Positions 19,181 through 27,118 of a stretch of DNA of 64,000 nucleotides are shown here, in pieces. The first letter of the stretch is position 1. Every line of letters starts with the position of its first letter. Source of the stretch: an uncultured Clostridia bacterium. GTDB lineage: Bacteria; Bacillota; Dehalobacteriia; UBA4068. The stretch is taken from NCBI GenBank assembly GCA_944393575.1, contig CALYAP010000047.1, forward strand, positions 1,058-65,057. Reading direction: 5' to 3'. The notes beneath the pieces were generated by a model, which saw nothing but the letters and a program-made list of their open reading frames with translations, was not told where the DNA came from and did not search any database. Position numbers and translations under genes: made by a program.

Positions 19181-19957
19181 TTATTTATCAGTAGCGAAAT
19201 TGGCGGTTTCTAAAGCCTCTGGATAAATCTTTTCTATCACCTGGCAGACGGTATTGATTGGTATAGCAAACCCCATACCTTCAAAATCAGCATCGACTAT
19301 TTTTACACTATTAATGCCAATAACCTCTCCTCTGCTGTTAACCAAAGGCCCCCCACTATTACCAGGGTTTATAGCAGCGTCCGTCTGGATAAGGGTATAA
19401 TGATGTCCGTCATTAAGAACCATTTCCCGACCTGTTCCAGAGATAACCCCCATCGTTAAGGAACGAGCAAATTGTTCGCCGCCAGGATTACCTATGGCAA
19501 AGGAGAGGTCCCCCACTTTTACCTCATCAGAATCACCTAATTTGGCCACCGGCAGATCGACCAAATCTATTTTTAGCAAAGCAAGGTCACTTTCCGGATA
19601 GACACCAATTACGACCCCTTCGCTATTTCTGCCGTCTGAAAGGGCAATATAAATCTCTTGTGATTGAGAGATAACATGATAATTCGTAACAATATACCCC
19701 TGGGACGAAATGATCAATCCACTGCCACTGCCGATAGTAAGCTTACCAGAAGGGCCTTCTTCTTCAGAGGTACTAATACTTTGAACAGATACCACTGCTG
19801 GTGAAGTGCTAGTAAAAACCTCACTAATAAATTCAAAATCATCTGATGGCGTAAGACTATAACCAAAGAAAAAAGAGCTGGCAGATACCAATAAACATGC
19901 CAGCACTAAAAATACATTTTTCTTTCTATCACTATGATATAAACGCCGATATTTCAA
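19181..19957 (-). CDS. Secreted/anchored trypsin-like serine protease (HtrA-like without PDZ, YyxA/HtrC-like)
   Basis: Signal anchor, TNYHV (His), D, and GNSGGPLVN (Ser) catalytic triad motifs. Adjacent to a WalJ-like MBL gene as in Bacillus. Confidence 0.7.
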   Translation of the reverse strand: MKYRRLYHSDRKKNVFLVLACLLVSASSFFFGYSLTPSDDFEFISEVFTSTSPAVVSVQSISTSEEEGPSGKLTIGSGSGLIISSQGYIVTNYHVISQSQEIYIALSDGRNSEGVVIGVYPESDLALLKIDLVDLPVAKLGDSDEVKVGDLSFAIGNPGGEQFARSLTMGVISGTGREMVLNDGHHYTLIQTDAAINPGNSGGPLVNSRGEVIGINSVKIVDADFEGMGFAIPINTVCQVIEKIYPEALETANFATDK

Positions 19958-19995
19958 AGGTAATACCTCCCCTAGGCAGCTATTACCTTTATCGC

Positions 19996-20763
19996 TTAAA
20001 CTGCGATAAGCGGATGAGCTGCTCTTCTTGGGGCAATGGAAATATTTGGCGTGCCTTCATCTGAAGTAAAAGCATTAGATACTTCTTGCAAAGCCAGCTG
20101 GGGCATATTATTTTTCTCAGATAAATGGGCCAAAATAATATGTTTTGTTTTGGGACCAGCTAATTTAGCTAATGCCTCTGCAGCCTGAGCATTGGAAAGA
20201 TGCCCTTTGTCTGAAGACACTCTCTGTTTGAGGAAAAGTGGGTAGGTTCCATGCTGTAGCATTGCTGTATCATGATTTGCCTCAAATACGAGCCCATCAA
20301 CATTACTTAACTTACGATACATCGATGGTGTAACCATACCAGTATCTGTAGCTATCCCTACTTGATGCCCATTGTGCTCAAGCAACAAACCTACAGGCTG
20401 CACAGCATCATGAGATAGCCGGAAAAAGTCTAGCCCGATATCGCCTATTTCCATGCCATAGTCGAATATATGCCGTTCCCAGCGAAAATAGTCGTCATAA
20501 AAGGGCAAACTTTCCCAAGTAAGTTCACTGGCATAAACAGGGATATGATACTTCTTTGACAGCTGCGCTACCCTATTAATATGATCGCTGTGTTCATGGG
20601 TAACAAGAATAGCATCGATATCTTCTATAGATGAACCAAGCTCATGCAATGAGGCACAAACATGTTTCATTGGGCAGCCAACATCAATCAATAAAGTAGT
20701 ATTACCACCTTTAATGTATATGCAATTTCCAGATGATCCTGAGGCTATAGTCGTGAATTCCAT
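19996..20763 (-). CDS. MBL-fold metallo-hydrolase (YycJ/WalJ-like)
   Basis: HxHxDH motif (THEHSDH) and overall beta-lactamase fold. Confidence 0.75.
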   Translation of the reverse strand: MEFTTIASGSSGNCIYIKGGNTTLLIDVGCPMKHVCASLHELGSSIEDIDAILVTHEHSDHINRVAQLSKKYHIPVYASELTWESLPFYDDYFRWERHIFDYGMEIGDIGLDFFRLSHDAVQPVGLLLEHNGHQVGIATDTGMVTPSMYRKLSNVDGLVFEANHDTAMLQHGTYPLFLKQRVSSDKGHLSNAQAAEALAKLAGPKTKHIILAHLSEKNNMPQLALQEVSNAFTSDEGTPNISIAPRRAAHPLIAV

Positions 20764-20892
20764 AATTTTTATTTTATCATATATAGTACTATTTGGGAAT
20801 CCTTTAACTAAATATTGTTTCTCTTAAATGTTGAATTAACAAAAAAAAAATGTTATGCTAATTATTAATGATAAGATAAGGGGGCAATTTGT

Positions 20893-21135
20893 GTGTGTGA
20901 AACATGTGGATGTGGCCATAGTGATCATCAACATCTGCACATCATTATTCCAGTTAGTGGAATGAACGATGATAGCTGTGCTACTAAAATAGAAACTGCC
21001 TTAAATGAATTAACCGGCATTCATGCAACTGTTGATTATGAACTAGGCGCAGTATCTCTTCTTTTGCATGAAGATGGCGATTTAGCCATGGCTAAAAAAA
21101 TTATTACCGACTTAGGATATCAATGTAAACGTTAA
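20893..21135 (+). CDS. Small heavy-metal-associated (HMA) domain protein with Cys/His-rich N-terminus
   Basis: GTG start after an AAGGGGG RBS. N-terminal MCETCGCGHSDHQHLH, followed by a ferredoxin-like HMA fold (GMNDDSCATKIETAL). Confidence 0.6.
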   Translation: MCETCGCGHSDHQHLHIIIPVSGMNDDSCATKIETALNELTGIHATVDYELGAVSLLLHEDGDLAMAKKIITDLGYQCKR

Positions 21136-21189
21136 TTGCGAAAGCACATTACAACTACAACAGCATTAATAATCCCCGATATACTAATT

Positions 21190-21225
21190 AAAAAGGAGAC
21201 TCTCTTAAGAGAGTCTCCTTTTTAG
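21190..21225. terminator. Bidirectional rho-independent terminator between the HMA gene (+) and the ferredoxin gene (-)
   Basis: AGGAGACTCTC-ttaa-GAGAGTCTCCT perfect 11-bp stem flanked by A and T tracts. Confidence 0.85.
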
Positions 21226-21248
21226 CTGTCTAATTAACAACAACAATA

Positions 21249-21419
21249 TTATGCCTCATGCGGAGCATCTACAGGACATACATCAGCACAGGCTCCACAT
21301 TCAATGCATTTTTCAGCATCAATGATATATTGGTCATCCCCCTCATGAATGCAATGTTCAGGGCATTCGTCTACACAAGCCCCACAAGAAATGCAATCAT
21401 TGCTAATCTCATATGCCAT
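21249..21419 (-). CDS. fdx: 2x[4Fe-4S] ferredoxin (56 aa)
   Basis: Two CxxCxxCxxxCP motifs. The start was moved to MAYEISNDC behind a GAGGAGG RBS. Confidence 0.85.
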   Translation of the reverse strand: MAYEISNDCISCGACVDECPEHCIHEGDDQYIIDAEKCIECGACADVCPVDAPHEA

Positions 21420-21475
21420 TATAAAAACCTCCTCATAATTTAACTGCTCAGTTAGCATATCCTAGTTGGCAAAAT

Positions 21476-21507
21476 ATATGCAAAAGGACTGCCCACATGG
21501 GCTGTCC
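21476..21507 (-). terminator. Terminator downstream of the M23 peptidase gene
   Basis: GGACAGCCCATGTGGGCAGTCC hairpin with one mismatch, then a T-tract on the minus strand. Confidence 0.55.
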
Positions 21508-21553
21508 TAAAAGCAATAAGCTAACAAAAATAATTAACACCGCATAGAGAATA

Positions 21554-22864
21554 TTACAGATAATCCAATGGATTCACGGCCTCGCCATCAATACGAATTT
21601 CGAAGTGTACATGCGGCCCTGTAGTAGTACCAGTCATACCAATAGCAGCAATTGGCGTATTGCGGTCTACTGTATCACCAGGTTCAACATAGAACTCACC
21701 GCAATGGGCATATACAGTTACCATGCCATCACCATGATCAATACGAACAACTAAACCATATCCACTTTCATTGTTGGTTTCAATAACAGTACCTTCATTA
21801 GCGGCAAAAATAGTAGTTCCCAAATCAGCAGCAATATCCAAACCACTATGCCAGCCGCGAGAACGCCAACCAAATCGGGAAGTAATAACGCCATCTACTG
21901 GCCAACCGTAAGTTCCGTTACCGCCACCGTCACTACGTGAAGCGACATAATATTGAACACCAACTTCAACAACTTCGTCAACAGCTTCTACTAATACGTT
22001 GCTAGAAACCTCTTCAGAACCTATAACAACGCCATTAACCTCTGATACTTTATAAGTAACTTCTTGTACGCCATCAACGCCTTCAGTGAGAACATTCTCT
22101 TCACCGCGTGATAATGAAGCATTTTCCTGTTTGATAGTCTCAAATGCTAAGGTTTCTGTTTGTGTCTTAGTACGTTCAACATTTACCGTAATCAATGGCT
22201 GTTGAGAACTTGATTTTGCTGTAGTGCTACCAAATAACAACATATTGGTTGCTTGCTCGGCACTGAGCACTTCATCTAAAGCGACATTTTCTTTATCTAT
22301 TGTTATTTCTTCACTAGTATATACACGAATTACAGAAGGATCCTCTTGAGGGTCCGCATAATAATTTTTCGCGTTATTAACAGCTTCTATAGCTTGGTTA
22401 TCATCGGCAACATAAATCGTGTTAGTGCCGCCAATATTAATAGCTGTCGCTTCAGCGACTATATCTAATTTATCCAGGAGAATTTCAGCTACCTCATTGG
22501 TGCTAGAATATACTACACCGGCTGCTGATACTTGTTTAATCTCCACATCATTAGCATAAGAAAGAACTAAATCACTGCCTTCAAAAGCATCAGAGTCATT
22601 GATATTCTTGAAGCAAAGTTCAATAGCCTCTTGAGCCTCCTTTTCACTAACAAAAGTAGCGATTTCTTCTCCATCAATCTCTAGAAGATAGGCATGGGAA
22701 GTGGCGGAAACCAGATTAGCTCCTCCCATGATCAGGAAAGCCACACAGAACAAAACTACCACTGAAGAAACTATTCGCTGAATCAGCTTAACACGATGTT
22801 TTTGCTCTTTCTTTTTATCGTCTCTTTTGATGTATTGCGCCTCGCGCAGATGGTTATTATGCAC
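21554..22864 (-). CDS. M23-family metallopeptidase (LytM-like) with N-terminal TM anchor
   Basis: C-terminal HxxxD ... HxH M23 signature (GWHSGLDIAA ... HVHFEIR). Confidence 0.8.
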   Translation of the reverse strand: MHNNHLREAQYIKRDDKKKEQKHRVKLIQRIVSSVVVLFCVAFLIMGGANLVSATSHAYLLEIDGEEIATFVSEKEAQEAIELCFKNINDSDAFEGSDLVLSYANDVEIKQVSAAGVVYSSTNEVAEILLDKLDIVAEATAINIGGTNTIYVADDNQAIEAVNNAKNYYADPQEDPSVIRVYTSEEITIDKENVALDEVLSAEQATNMLLFGSTTAKSSSQQPLITVNVERTKTQTETLAFETIKQENASLSRGEENVLTEGVDGVQEVTYKVSEVNGVVIGSEEVSSNVLVEAVDEVVEVGVQYYVASRSDGGGNGTYGWPVDGVITSRFGWRSRGWHSGLDIAADLGTTIFAANEGTVIETNNESGYGLVVRIDHGDGMVTVYAHCGEFYVEPGDTVDRNTPIAAIGMTGTTTGPHVHFEIRIDGEAVNPLDYL

Positions 22865-23014
22865 AAATAATACCTCGCTTTAAACCACATAGCCACCAAG
22901 CTTATGTAGATTTAATCTAGGGTAATTATACTATATACAGTATTACAAGACAATGCATACCCCATTAAAAGACAGAAGATAACAAAATCAGCTCCTTGGC
23001 TATGCTGCTTTTTG

Positions 23015-23088
23015 TGGAGCGGGTGATGGGAATCGAACCCACGTTATCGGCTTGGGAAGCCGACGCTCTACCATTGAGCTACACCCGC
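23015..23088 (-). tRNA. tRNA-Gly (anticodon CCC)
   Basis: Manual cloverleaf. Acceptor GCGGGTG/CACCCGC, anticodon loop TTCCCAA, T-loop TTCGATT, encoded CCA. Confidence 0.9.
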
Positions 23089-23099
23089 ATTACTTTAAA

Positions 23100-23128
23100 A
23101 AGATAACATAAATCAGCAGTATTGTCAA
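23100..23128 (-). promoter_or_regulatory. Candidate promoter for tRNA-Gly
   Basis: Minus strand TTGACA - 17 nt - TATCTT, ending about 11 nt before the mature 5' end. Confidence 0.45.
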
Positions 23129-23148
23129 GTGAAGGCTATCTGAAGAGA

Positions 23149-23194
23149 AAAACTGAAAGCCAAATCCCCAGCTTGAGGACCAGCTTTCAGTTTT
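23149..23194 (-). terminator. Terminator after iorB
   Basis: AAAACTGAAAGC ... GCTTTCAGTTTT 12-bp stem with a T-tract downstream on the minus strand. Confidence 0.6.
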
Positions 23195-23255
23195 CAAAAT
23201 ATACACACAACTTCTACAATGACGATGTTTTGCAATTCGCCATATACATAAAAAG

Positions 23256-23828
23256 TTAATTCACAGCATTCATGCCGGCTTTGATAGCCTCAATATTAAT
23301 ATCTACAAAAGCAGGTTTGACATTTTGAGTGATAATACGTTCCCAATCTATCTGAGTTAAGCCCATAGCCTTAATGATGGTACCGAGCAAAACAACGTTC
23401 ATAACACGCGGATTACCCAAGTCGTTAGCAATAGCAGCGGCATCTACAATAGTTGTTTGAGCCAAAGCACATAATCTTTCTGGGATATCTTCGGGATATT
23501 CACATTCCCCCATTACTACTGGCATTGGCGGAATTTTATAATTATTGACGATGATTTGTCCGTCCGGTTTGAGGTATTCTATCCAGCGCATGGCTTCCAT
23601 TAATTCAAAGCTGACCAGGATATCAGCTCCTCCAAGTTCTATTACCGGCGAAAACACCTCTTCACCGTAACGAACCTGAGATGATACCGAGCCACCTCTT
23701 TGGCTCATTCCATGTATCTCACTCATTTTGACTTCATAACCTGCTTCCAGCAGACCGGTAGTTAAAAGTTTACTGGCCAAAATAGTACCTTGTCCACCAA
23801 CTCCTACCAGCAATACGCTCTTAGCCAT
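23256..23828 (-). CDS. iorB: Indolepyruvate:ferredoxin oxidoreductase beta subunit
   Basis: Pyruvate/ketoisovalerate oxidoreductase gamma-like fold (VLLVGVGGQG). The start was moved to MAKSV behind GGAGGTG. It overlaps the iorA stop. Confidence 0.8.
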   Translation of the reverse strand: MAKSVLLVGVGGQGTILASKLLTTGLLEAGYEVKMSEIHGMSQRGGSVSSQVRYGEEVFSPVIELGGADILVSFELMEAMRWIEYLKPDGQIIVNNYKIPPMPVVMGECEYPEDIPERLCALAQTTIVDAAAIANDLGNPRVMNVVLLGTIIKAMGLTQIDWERIITQNVKPAFVDINIEAIKAGMNAVN

Positions 23829-25611
23829 TTTGCCGCACCTCCTTTTTAATAGCGTCTTTAGGACATACTTGTGCACATACACTGCATCCCAAGCATTGGG
23901 TGCGGGAAATTGCAGCTTTTTTAGCTTTGGTATCAAAAGAAAGAGCAGGACAACCAGCTTTCATACATAATTTGCAGCCAATGCAGGTATCTTGGTCAAC
24001 CGCGAATTTATCCGTATAGGCTCCAGCAAACTCCATCTTATCTTCTGGAGAGAATTTTTTCAATGCACAAGGCCATCTCGTAATCAGCACGGAAGGTTCA
24101 TCCAAAGCGAGTAATTCATCCAGTACGTCGCTCACCTGTTGTAGATCATTAGGGTTAACTACCCTGATATTACGGAAGCCAAAGGCCTTGGCCACATCTT
24201 CTATCTTAATCATCGGCGCAGATTCACCGCTAGCAGTGTAACCACTGCCAGGATTATCCTGGTGCCCTGTCATGCCGGTAATGCGATTATCTAAAATAAC
24301 GTTGATAGTATTGCTTTGATTATAGGCCACATTGAGCAAAGAATTCATACCGGTATGGAAAAAGGTAGAATCCCCCAACACTGACACTACTCTGGTGCCA
24401 CGGTCTGTCATATCAAAGACACGCTGAGCTCCATGGCCAATGCTCAAAGAGGCACCCATGCAAATGGTGGAATCCATCGCATTGTATGGAGGAGCCATAC
24501 CCAATGTATAACAACCAATATCACCAGATATCATCACATTTTTACGTTTTGCTATCTCATAAAAGAACCCGCGGTGAGGACACCCGGCGCACAGGGTCGG
24601 CGGACGGTTAATCACAACCTCTGTATCAGCAGAAATAGTAGGTAAAGTCTCGCCGAAAAGTGACTTACGGATGGTATCTGGAGTCATTTCATCATACGGG
24701 GGGAAGATATCCTTGCCTAATGGTTTAAAACCTAGTGCCCGAACAGCCTCTTCCAAATAAGGATCGTTTTCCTCAATTATGTAGATTTTCTCCATTCTGT
24801 CACAAAAATCTTTAATCAGGTCTAAAGGCAGCGGCCAGGTCATAGCTAACTTCAAATGGGAAACTCCGGAACCAAAAACCTCCTTGGCATAATAATAAGA
24901 GATTCCCGAACTAATTACCCCTATATTAGACTCAGCATTATACTCCGCTTTATTATAAATACACTTCTCAGAAAACTCTTTGAGTTTGGCGGTACGGCTC
25001 TCGATATTAACACGCAGTTTTTTAGCCACTGCCGGAACACAGACATATTTATTGCCTTTACGTTCATAAGGCTTTAAAGTAACTTCTGGTCTTTCACCAG
25101 TGATAACCGGCGATTTAGAGTGGCAAACACGAGTAGTCATCCTGATCAATACTGGAGTATCAAATTGCTCTGAAATATCAAAGGCTAGTTTAGTCATATC
25201 TAGGCATTCTTGCGAATCAGACGGTTCCAGCATGGGAATCTTAGCTGCTTTGGCATAATTGCGGTTATCCTGTTCATTCTGAGAAGAATATTGCCCCGGT
25301 TCATCTGCAGTAATGATCACGGTTCCCCCATTTACCCCGGTATAAGCAAAAGTAAAGAGTGGGTCTGCTGCTACATTTAGTCCGACATGCTTCATCGAAG
25401 CAATAGCTCGGCCGCCGGCGATGGAGGCGCCAATGGCTCCTTCTAAGGCCACCTTCTCATTAGGCGACCATTCACTATATATTTCAGGATAGTGAGCCAA
25501 GTTTTCCAAAATCTCCGTACTAGGAGTACCAGGATAAGCAGCAGCAAACACTACGCCTGCCTCATACGCTCCTCTGGCAATAGCTTCATCACCAGTCATC
25601 AGTGTTCTCAT
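23821..25611 (-). CDS. iorA: Indolepyruvate:ferredoxin oxidoreductase alpha subunit
   Basis: TPP-binding domain plus C-terminal 2x CxxCxxCxxxCP ferredoxin-like cluster, about 600 aa. Confidence 0.85.
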   Translation of the reverse strand: MRTLMTGDEAIARGAYEAGVVFAAAYPGTPSTEILENLAHYPEIYSEWSPNEKVALEGAIGASIAGGRAIASMKHVGLNVAADPLFTFAYTGVNGGTVIITADEPGQYSSQNEQDNRNYAKAAKIPMLEPSDSQECLDMTKLAFDISEQFDTPVLIRMTTRVCHSKSPVITGERPEVTLKPYERKGNKYVCVPAVAKKLRVNIESRTAKLKEFSEKCIYNKAEYNAESNIGVISSGISYYYAKEVFGSGVSHLKLAMTWPLPLDLIKDFCDRMEKIYIIEENDPYLEEAVRALGFKPLGKDIFPPYDEMTPDTIRKSLFGETLPTISADTEVVINRPPTLCAGCPHRGFFYEIAKRKNVMISGDIGCYTLGMAPPYNAMDSTICMGASLSIGHGAQRVFDMTDRGTRVVSVLGDSTFFHTGMNSLLNVAYNQSNTINVILDNRITGMTGHQDNPGSGYTASGESAPMIKIEDVAKAFGFRNIRVVNPNDLQQVSDVLDELLALDEPSVLITRWPCALKKFSPEDKMEFAGAYTDKFAVDQDTCIGCKLCMKAGCPALSFDTKAKKAAISRTQCLGCSVCAQVCPKDAIKKEVRQNG

Positions 25612-25749
25612 GATATGCCTCCTTTAATATCTGCTTTTACAGATATACATAGTAGAAAAATCTATTAGAATACAATATGAAAACAATTTTATTTTATCAT
25701 AAAAACAACAAATTGAACAATTTTTATTTATTATGTTAGTATATGGCAA

Positions 25750-26121
25750 TTATTGTCTCACCATAATCCTACCTAAAGACTGTCCCATAGCAACCCCAGC
25801 AAGACATAACCCCACGCTCAGTACTACATAAAGTCCTCCTTGCCATATTTTACCATTTTGAAAAAGCTGCCAGGCTTCAGCCGAAAAAGCAGAAAAAGTA
25901 GTAAAACCACCACAAACGCCAGTTTTCCAAAATAACAAAGTATTAGCGGAAAGATTAGCGGCCAGAGACAAACCGATAATAAAACCAATAAGTGTGGAAC
26001 CAAGAAAATTAATTACTAAAGTCAGCACCGGAAAAGAATATTTGACAGGGATCAGCGAGATACCATAACGGCAAATAGCACCTAAAGCTCCACCAATCCC
26101 AACAATAACAAATTTCAGCAC
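25750..26121 (-). CDS. crcB: Fluoride ion channel CrcB/Fluc
   Basis: 123 aa, four TM helices, GGFTTFS motif. GTG start after a GGGAGA RBS. Confidence 0.85.
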   Translation of the reverse strand: MLKFVIVGIGGALGAICRYGISLIPVKYSFPVLTLVINFLGSTLIGFIIGLSLAANLSANTLLFWKTGVCGGFTTFSAFSAEAWQLFQNGKIWQGGLYVVLSVGLCLAGVAMGQSLGRIMVRQ

Positions 26122-26147
26122 AATAAAATTCTCCCATTTATAGTACG

Positions 26148-26182
26148 CAGCCTTGTTCTTGATTTTCTAAGAGCAAGGCTGC
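26148..26182 (-). promoter_or_regulatory. Strong 13-bp hairpin in the crcB 5' leader, function unknown
   Basis: GCAGCCTTG(c)TCTT-loop-AAGA(a)CAAGGCTGC, about 27 nt upstream of the crcB start. No T-tract follows on the minus strand. Confidence 0.35.
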
Positions 26183-26312
26183 ACAATTATTATTTTATCA
26201 TCCGAAAAAGGCCTTAAAGTTTACAGTTATCAATTATATTGTCTAATTCACCTTCCACATGCGGTGATAATTTCGGTTGCCGCAATTTACAATACTACTG
26301 CTATACCCTACT

Positions 26313-26349
26313 AAAATAAAATCTGGGGCGGGATACAAATCCACGCCCC
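26313..26349 (-). terminator. Rho-independent terminator of the tRNA-Met/tRNA-Glu transcript
   Basis: GGGGCGTGGATTTGTATCCCGCCCC hairpin followed by TTTTATTTT on the minus strand. Confidence 0.8.
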
Positions 26350-26385
26350 TTGTTGAAAAAGCAAAATGCCATTATAAGAGCATTT

Positions 26386-26462
26386 TGGTGACGCGTAGGG
26401 GATTCGAACCCCTGAATGCCAGCGTGAAAGGCTGGTGAGTTAAGCCACTTCTCCAACGCGCC
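26386..26462 (-). tRNA. tRNA-Glu (anticodon TTC)
   Basis: Manual cloverleaf. Acceptor GGCGCGT/ACGCGTC, anticodon loop CTTTCAC, T-loop TTCGAAT, encoded CCA. Confidence 0.9.
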
Positions 26463-26465
26463 ATA

Positions 26466-26541
26466 TGGTAGCGGTGGCTGGAATTGAACCAGCGACACCC
26501 CGGGTATGAGCCGAGTGCTCTAACCGCTGAGCTACACCGCC
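26466..26541 (-). tRNA. tRNA-Met (anticodon CAT, elongator-like)
   Basis: Acceptor GGCGGTG/CACCGCT, anticodon loop CTCATAC, T-loop TTCAATT, encoded CCA, only 3 nt from tRNA-Glu. An Ile2/lysidine tRNA cannot be excluded, but it lacks the initiator C1:A72. Confidence 0.8.
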
Positions 26542-26560
26542 ATAAAAACGCCGCTTGTTC

Positions 26561-26589
26561 ATTATGCAAAAAAATAGCTTGTTTGTCAA
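26561..26589 (-). promoter_or_regulatory. Candidate promoter for the tRNA-Met/tRNA-Glu pair
   Basis: Minus strand TTGACA - 17 nt - CATAAT, about 20 nt upstream of the tRNA-Met 5' end. Confidence 0.5.
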
Positions 26590-26617
26590 GCATATTTTAC
26601 TAATTTTATCAAATTTT

Positions 26618-27061
26618 TTATTTACCGAGCAAAAGTTTGGCGGCAATAGCCATTAAAACTAAACCTATTCCCCGTCCCCAACTCATTGGAACCTTATCTA
26701 AACCAAACAGACCAAACTGATCGATGACCAGTGACATAGCCAACTGCCCCGTGATAATAGCAGTAGTAGCCACACCTGCACCAGTTTTGGCGATAGAAAG
26801 CATCACTCCATAGATGATAGCAACATTGATGACACCACCTAGATACAAATACCATGGGGCCTTGTCCACTGCGTTTAGGTCACCTTTTCCCAACCCCAAG
26901 ACAAAGAGCATTATTACCACTATTAATAAACCGACTGCATGGAGAATAAAATTCCCCTCCAGAACTCCGATCACCTTTGATAAAGCGCTATTCAAGGAGC
27001 CTTGTATCGCCATTAATACTCCGGCTCCAGCCGCAATGATCAAAAAAATCAATCCTTGCAT
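26618..27061 (-). CDS. DUF606/YdcZ-family small membrane protein (DMT-superfamily-like)
   Basis: Five TM helices. Start set at MQGLIF behind a GGAGGA RBS. The ORF-track start is a GTG 8 codons upstream. Confidence 0.6.
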   Translation of the reverse strand: MQGLIFLIIAAGAGVLMAIQGSLNSALSKVIGVLEGNFILHAVGLLIVVIMLFVLGLGKGDLNAVDKAPWYLYLGGVINVAIIYGVMLSIAKTGAGVATTAIITGQLAMSLVIDQFGLFGLDKVPMSWGRGIGLVLMAIAAKLLLGK

Positions 27062-27118
27062 AAAATATCCTCCAATTTTATTCACCAGAGGATATTTTAT
27101 GCAAAATCAAATTAATTA

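Noticed and set aside
22865-23014. Terminator immediately 3' of tRNA-Gly
   Set aside because: Only a 4-bp stem (CAGC/GCTG) followed by AUUUUGUU was found, too weak to annotate. Read-through into the M23 peptidase gene is possible.
26122-26312. Fluoride riboswitch upstream of crcB
   Set aside because: I searched both strands by eye for GGnGAUGG...CnCC, AAACnGCC and CUGAUG...CUAC. Only vague fragments turned up, for example GCGGTGATAATTTCGGTTGCCGC on the wrong strand. It is reported as absent or unrecognised rather than annotated.
26301-26646. Three small minus-strand ORFs (65, 73 and 68 aa) overlapping the tRNA-Glu/tRNA-Met genes
   Set aside because: They coincide with two canonical tRNA cloverleafs and their terminator, so the translations are artefacts.
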